Origin: Macrostomum lignano
Taxonomy: Eukaryota
Reading direction: 5' to 3'
Length of the DNA stretch: 64,000 nt
Assembly: GCA_002269645.1 (NCBI GenBank)
Contig: NIVC01002164.1
Location: forward strand, 1-64,000
The first letter of the stretch is position 1. Each line of letters opens with the position of its first letter. Positions 60,191 to 64,000 of the stretch are shown piece after piece. The notes under the pieces are model-generated. The model ran no database searches, was not told where the DNA came from, and saw only the letters and a program-made list of their open reading frames with translations. The translations under genes were made by a program, and so were the position numbers.

Positions 60191-62300
60191 GAGATTTCCT
60201 CCCAGTTTACCTCAATTGTGTCAAATTCTGATTTTGGTGACAAAACAAGCATCCCATTTGTGCATTTTCAAGTTTTTAACACCATTTAGCTTGCTCATTG
60301 CTCCCAATTGTTCTTGCCTAATATTACACAATGAATAAAGGAACTCAAGAAGAACAAAATTCAATCCAATAAATAGTTTTTACTTTTTGCTTTTATTTTT
60401 TGCATGGTTGATGGCTAAATATGTTAGCAACTTTAGCTTTCATTGCACAGCAATATCACCATATTGCTGCCACATCATACATTTAGTGTTTTGAGTTGAG
60501 TTTAGTCCGGTGCAAAGTGCAAAGCAGCTTAATCTGATGAATTTTGATGCAAAAGGCATTTTTTACATGAAAAAACATTGAATAGTTATGAAATTCAAGA
60601 AATTTGTTAAATTAGCTATATGGAACACTGTGCATAGGTTTCAGTGCAAAATTGTTACCATTTCCAGTTTAAATAGCCCCAAAACTAACATAAGAGTAAA
60701 AAGTCAAGTTTTCAGTTTTTTATCGATAATTTTTACCCAATGAACTGAATCTCTAGAAATTGCACACAAATATGCCTCGTTTTGTGGGAAATCAGCTGTC
60801 ATAAAAATAATACTGTCCAATTGTGTTATTTTGCCTGATTTCAAGCAAAATATTAAAAAACCACTACTCTGATCGATTTCCAATCACTTTTGATATATGA
60901 GCACTTGTTGCAGACACTCAAAAACTTGGTAAATTTTAGCCAGACATTAGTACAACTTGTTGCAGTATCTGCATTTGATCTACCATTCTTTTAAAAATTT
61001 TATCACCTATTTTTCTGGCACACAATCAGCCAAAAATCACAAATTATTGATTTCTGATTGATTTTTCAACCCAAAAGCAGTGAAATCAGATGGCGGAAAT
61101 TCAAAGCAATATAGTACAGCAACTATGCTATAGAAATTCAAAGTTGGATTATTCGCACCATGTTCTCAAAATTATAATGAGCAATAATATGAAAGTCATG
61201 TAATTTTTTTCAGCACTGCAGAATTGTAGGAAAACAAAACTTTAGAGACTTGTAGATTTTTGCATTGCGCATCTAACTGCACTGCTTTGAAGCCGAAACT
61301 CAAAAAGCTTTGTAGGAAAAAGTATATTCATTTAATAGATCTAAAAGTTTTCTATCGATCGACATTTCACTCAACTCAATCAGTGCAGTGGTTGCAAAAC
61401 AGGAGCATTTTTTTAAAGAAAAAACATGAAATTTCAAAATGCATGGGAGTCTAACTTATTTACTCATAAATACTTTCTAGCCCATGTCGGCCTTTGGCCG
61501 CCATGGGTAGAAATTATTCACTCACCCTTGGCCCCTAGTGGGGCCTTGGGTTTTCTTGCTCTCTTTGGCGGCACCAGGCACAGCTCATTCACTGGTGGAA
61601 CTAGAATTACTAATTGACACTTGCTAATATAATAATCTATATTTAGTTTTATTTATTCTATTGCTGCTATGATACCTTTAGTGATTTAAAATATAACAAT
61701 TTTGACTATACCTATCCATAGTCAAGACAGAAAGCAAGGAAATTAAAGAATGAATATTTATAGTAAAGGCTATGTGACATTTTGGCAAATTAATGTTTTG
61801 GGGAATCACAAATGTAATGTTTTGGCAAAGTATTAAAACATTTTGTCAAATTCAAAAATTGTTATATTATATATAGAAGATAAAGACTACTTGACTACAA
61901 TATTTTACTACCTTTCCCTTGGAATTGAAGGCCATAGCAGATGGAATAACCAATGCAGATTTAAACAAATATATAGGGCTAAATTTTCTAGCTTGAAGCA
62001 TACAAATTTAAAGGTAGACAAATTGCCAACCTAACATAGTGGCTAAAATATTAGTGCAAGGTCATTTTGTCTACTAGCAAACAAAAAGATTTTTAAAAAA
62101 AAATAAAAATGAAAGTATAGCTAAATAGCTTGTAAAGCTAATTTAAAAAAATTTATTTTACGAGTTATGCAAAACCAAAATGAGTTTAATAATACCATGT
62201 CTTTTTTAGCAAGCATAATTTTGTTTCTTGAAATCTTTTAAAGAAAAATAATATAAATTTTAAATTTCTATTGAGAAAAGAAAAGTTATAAGCTATGGAC

Positions 62301-62479
62301 CAGGGACTACTCAAACACCGGGACGGGAAACTAAAATTTTTTATGAGGCTGGCTGGCAATTATTTGTATTAGAGAGATGCTGTGTTACTTTGTTGTCTAT
62401 GGTTATTTTCTACTGCTGATAAAAGACCAGCCTCGTAAAAAATTCCTAGTTTCCCATCCCAGTATTTGAGTAGTCCCTG
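62301..62479. mobile_element. 179-bp hAT MITE
   Basis: About 52-bp imperfect TIRs starting CAGGGACTACTCAAA; 8-bp TSD CTATGGAC at 62293-62300 and 62480-62487. Confidence 0.88.
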
Positions 62480-64000
62480 CTATGGACTTACAAATATTAA
62501 AGGCAAAGTTTATGGTTGAATTTTTAAATATGATTAGCTGGCTATTATGAACCTTATCCAATGATGATAATGCATTTGCTGTCCCTGTTGCAATGCTTAC
62601 TTATTATATAAACAAAAATTTAATACATGAGTATAGCCTATCTATAGGTCAATGTTTGGGTTTGGGTCACTTGGAAAAAATCAATATTTTTTTATACATG
62701 CTTGTGCTTCTAATGTAATGAGTTCTTGATCTTTACTACTACTATAAATACTTTTTAAGATAGAAAGATATTTGTTTTCAATATTATATGTACTGGAATC
62801 ATGTTTTAGTCTTATTATTCTGTAGTAGACAAAATGACTACATTGTATTTTTGCAAACAAAAGAATAGCAGACAAACTAGCAGCAAACAAAAATACCATT
62901 GACCAAAATATTAATACATAGCCATCTAACAAATAGGCCTAGGCCTAAAGAGTTAAAGTCAATTTAATAAATAGGTAACAAACCTTTAACTGCACTTTAA
63001 AAAATCAGAAAAAAATTGTAGTGATTTAAAAAAGTAGTCTTAATTGCCACCAGGTTCTTTTATTATATAGAGAAAATTCTTTTATAGCAAGTTCAGTAAT
63101 TATTAAAGTATGTAGGCCTAGCATTGTGTCAATGAAATAAAAGCGTTTATAAATAAAGTTGCTAAAACTACAATACTTTGTTGAAACATTATTTGCCTAA
63201 ACATTACTTTGCCAAAATGTTGCATAGCCATAGTAAAGTAGGGCTACACTTAAGTCTAAACTATGTACGTACTAAAGAGATAGGCATAAAGAAGCTTCAA
63301 ATTCTTGCTACATTTTTGATTGCTACTAATTTTTTGCTAGATTTCTTATCATAGCTGATAGACATCTTGCAGTAGAGTTTTATTGTCCAACCAAATTTGC
63401 TTCATAACATTTCTAATTCCAACCTAATCAACTAGACCATGAAACTAATGAGTGCCTTGGCTTTATATGATCATAAAATGAAATTGATATCTCTTTCAGT
63501 TTTGTCCTACATCCTATGATCATCTTGTGGTAGGGCGCACTACCACGTTTGGAACAGGTGACCTCACCGCAATGACTCTCGCGTTCTGTGTCACCCGTTG
63601 CGCCGTCCCATGTCCCATCCCTCGCCCCATCTTTTGCCGTCGCGCGTAATTTTTTTGTTATTCTCATTCCCGGCTTTGTTGTCGTCCGTTGCCCCATCCT
63701 TCGCCCCATCTCCTGCCCCATCCTTCGCCCCATCTCCTGCCCCATCCTTCGCCTTCCTGCCCCATCTGCTGCTCCATCCCCGTCCGGATGACATCGCCCC
63801 ACTATTTATTAAGGCCATTTCGGGCCGCAAGTTTTCATCTTTCCTTTCCCCTGCCTCCTACTTGTTCGTTTTCCGTTCCGTTCCGCTTCGTGAACCCTCG
63901 TGTACTCGTCTGTTTAGTGTTTAATTTCCTGTTGTGCACGAAGTTAAATTAGTACTTATTTAGTCTCGATCTACTAGTTTGTTCAGTTAGTCGTCCCACC

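Overview
Eukaryotic (metazoan) genomic DNA with GC-rich exons and introns filled by unrelated minisatellites. The style suggests a Macrostomum-like flatworm, but this is inference only. Host genes with reconstructable GT-AG structures: a rhodopsin-type GPCR (-), THYN1 (+), a Fos/ATF3-like bZIP (+), a second small bZIP (+), a very divergent ankyrin-TRP-like channel (-), ESCO/Eco1 (-), SLU7 (-) and a DUF4743-Nudix hydrolase (-). Mobile DNA: a very young 10.6-kb Ty3/Gypsy LTR element (17426-28032, CTGG TSD), an intact DD37D maT transposon, and fragments of Merlin, Penelope, a non-LTR element and hAT MITEs. The main result is inside the LTR element. A UUUAAAC -1 frameshift leads into a cold-shock (Y-box/Lin28-type) RNA-binding domain and a coiled coil ahead of the protease; the ORF track cuts off the first half of this domain. 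The same element carries six covarying RNA hairpin modules and a duplicated polypurine tract in its 3' UTR. Also notable: inverted minisatellite arrays flanking SLU7 exon 2, splice sites embedded in repeat units, and a tandem bZIP pair with AP-1 sites. No database searches or folding programs were run, so all novelty claims need checking.
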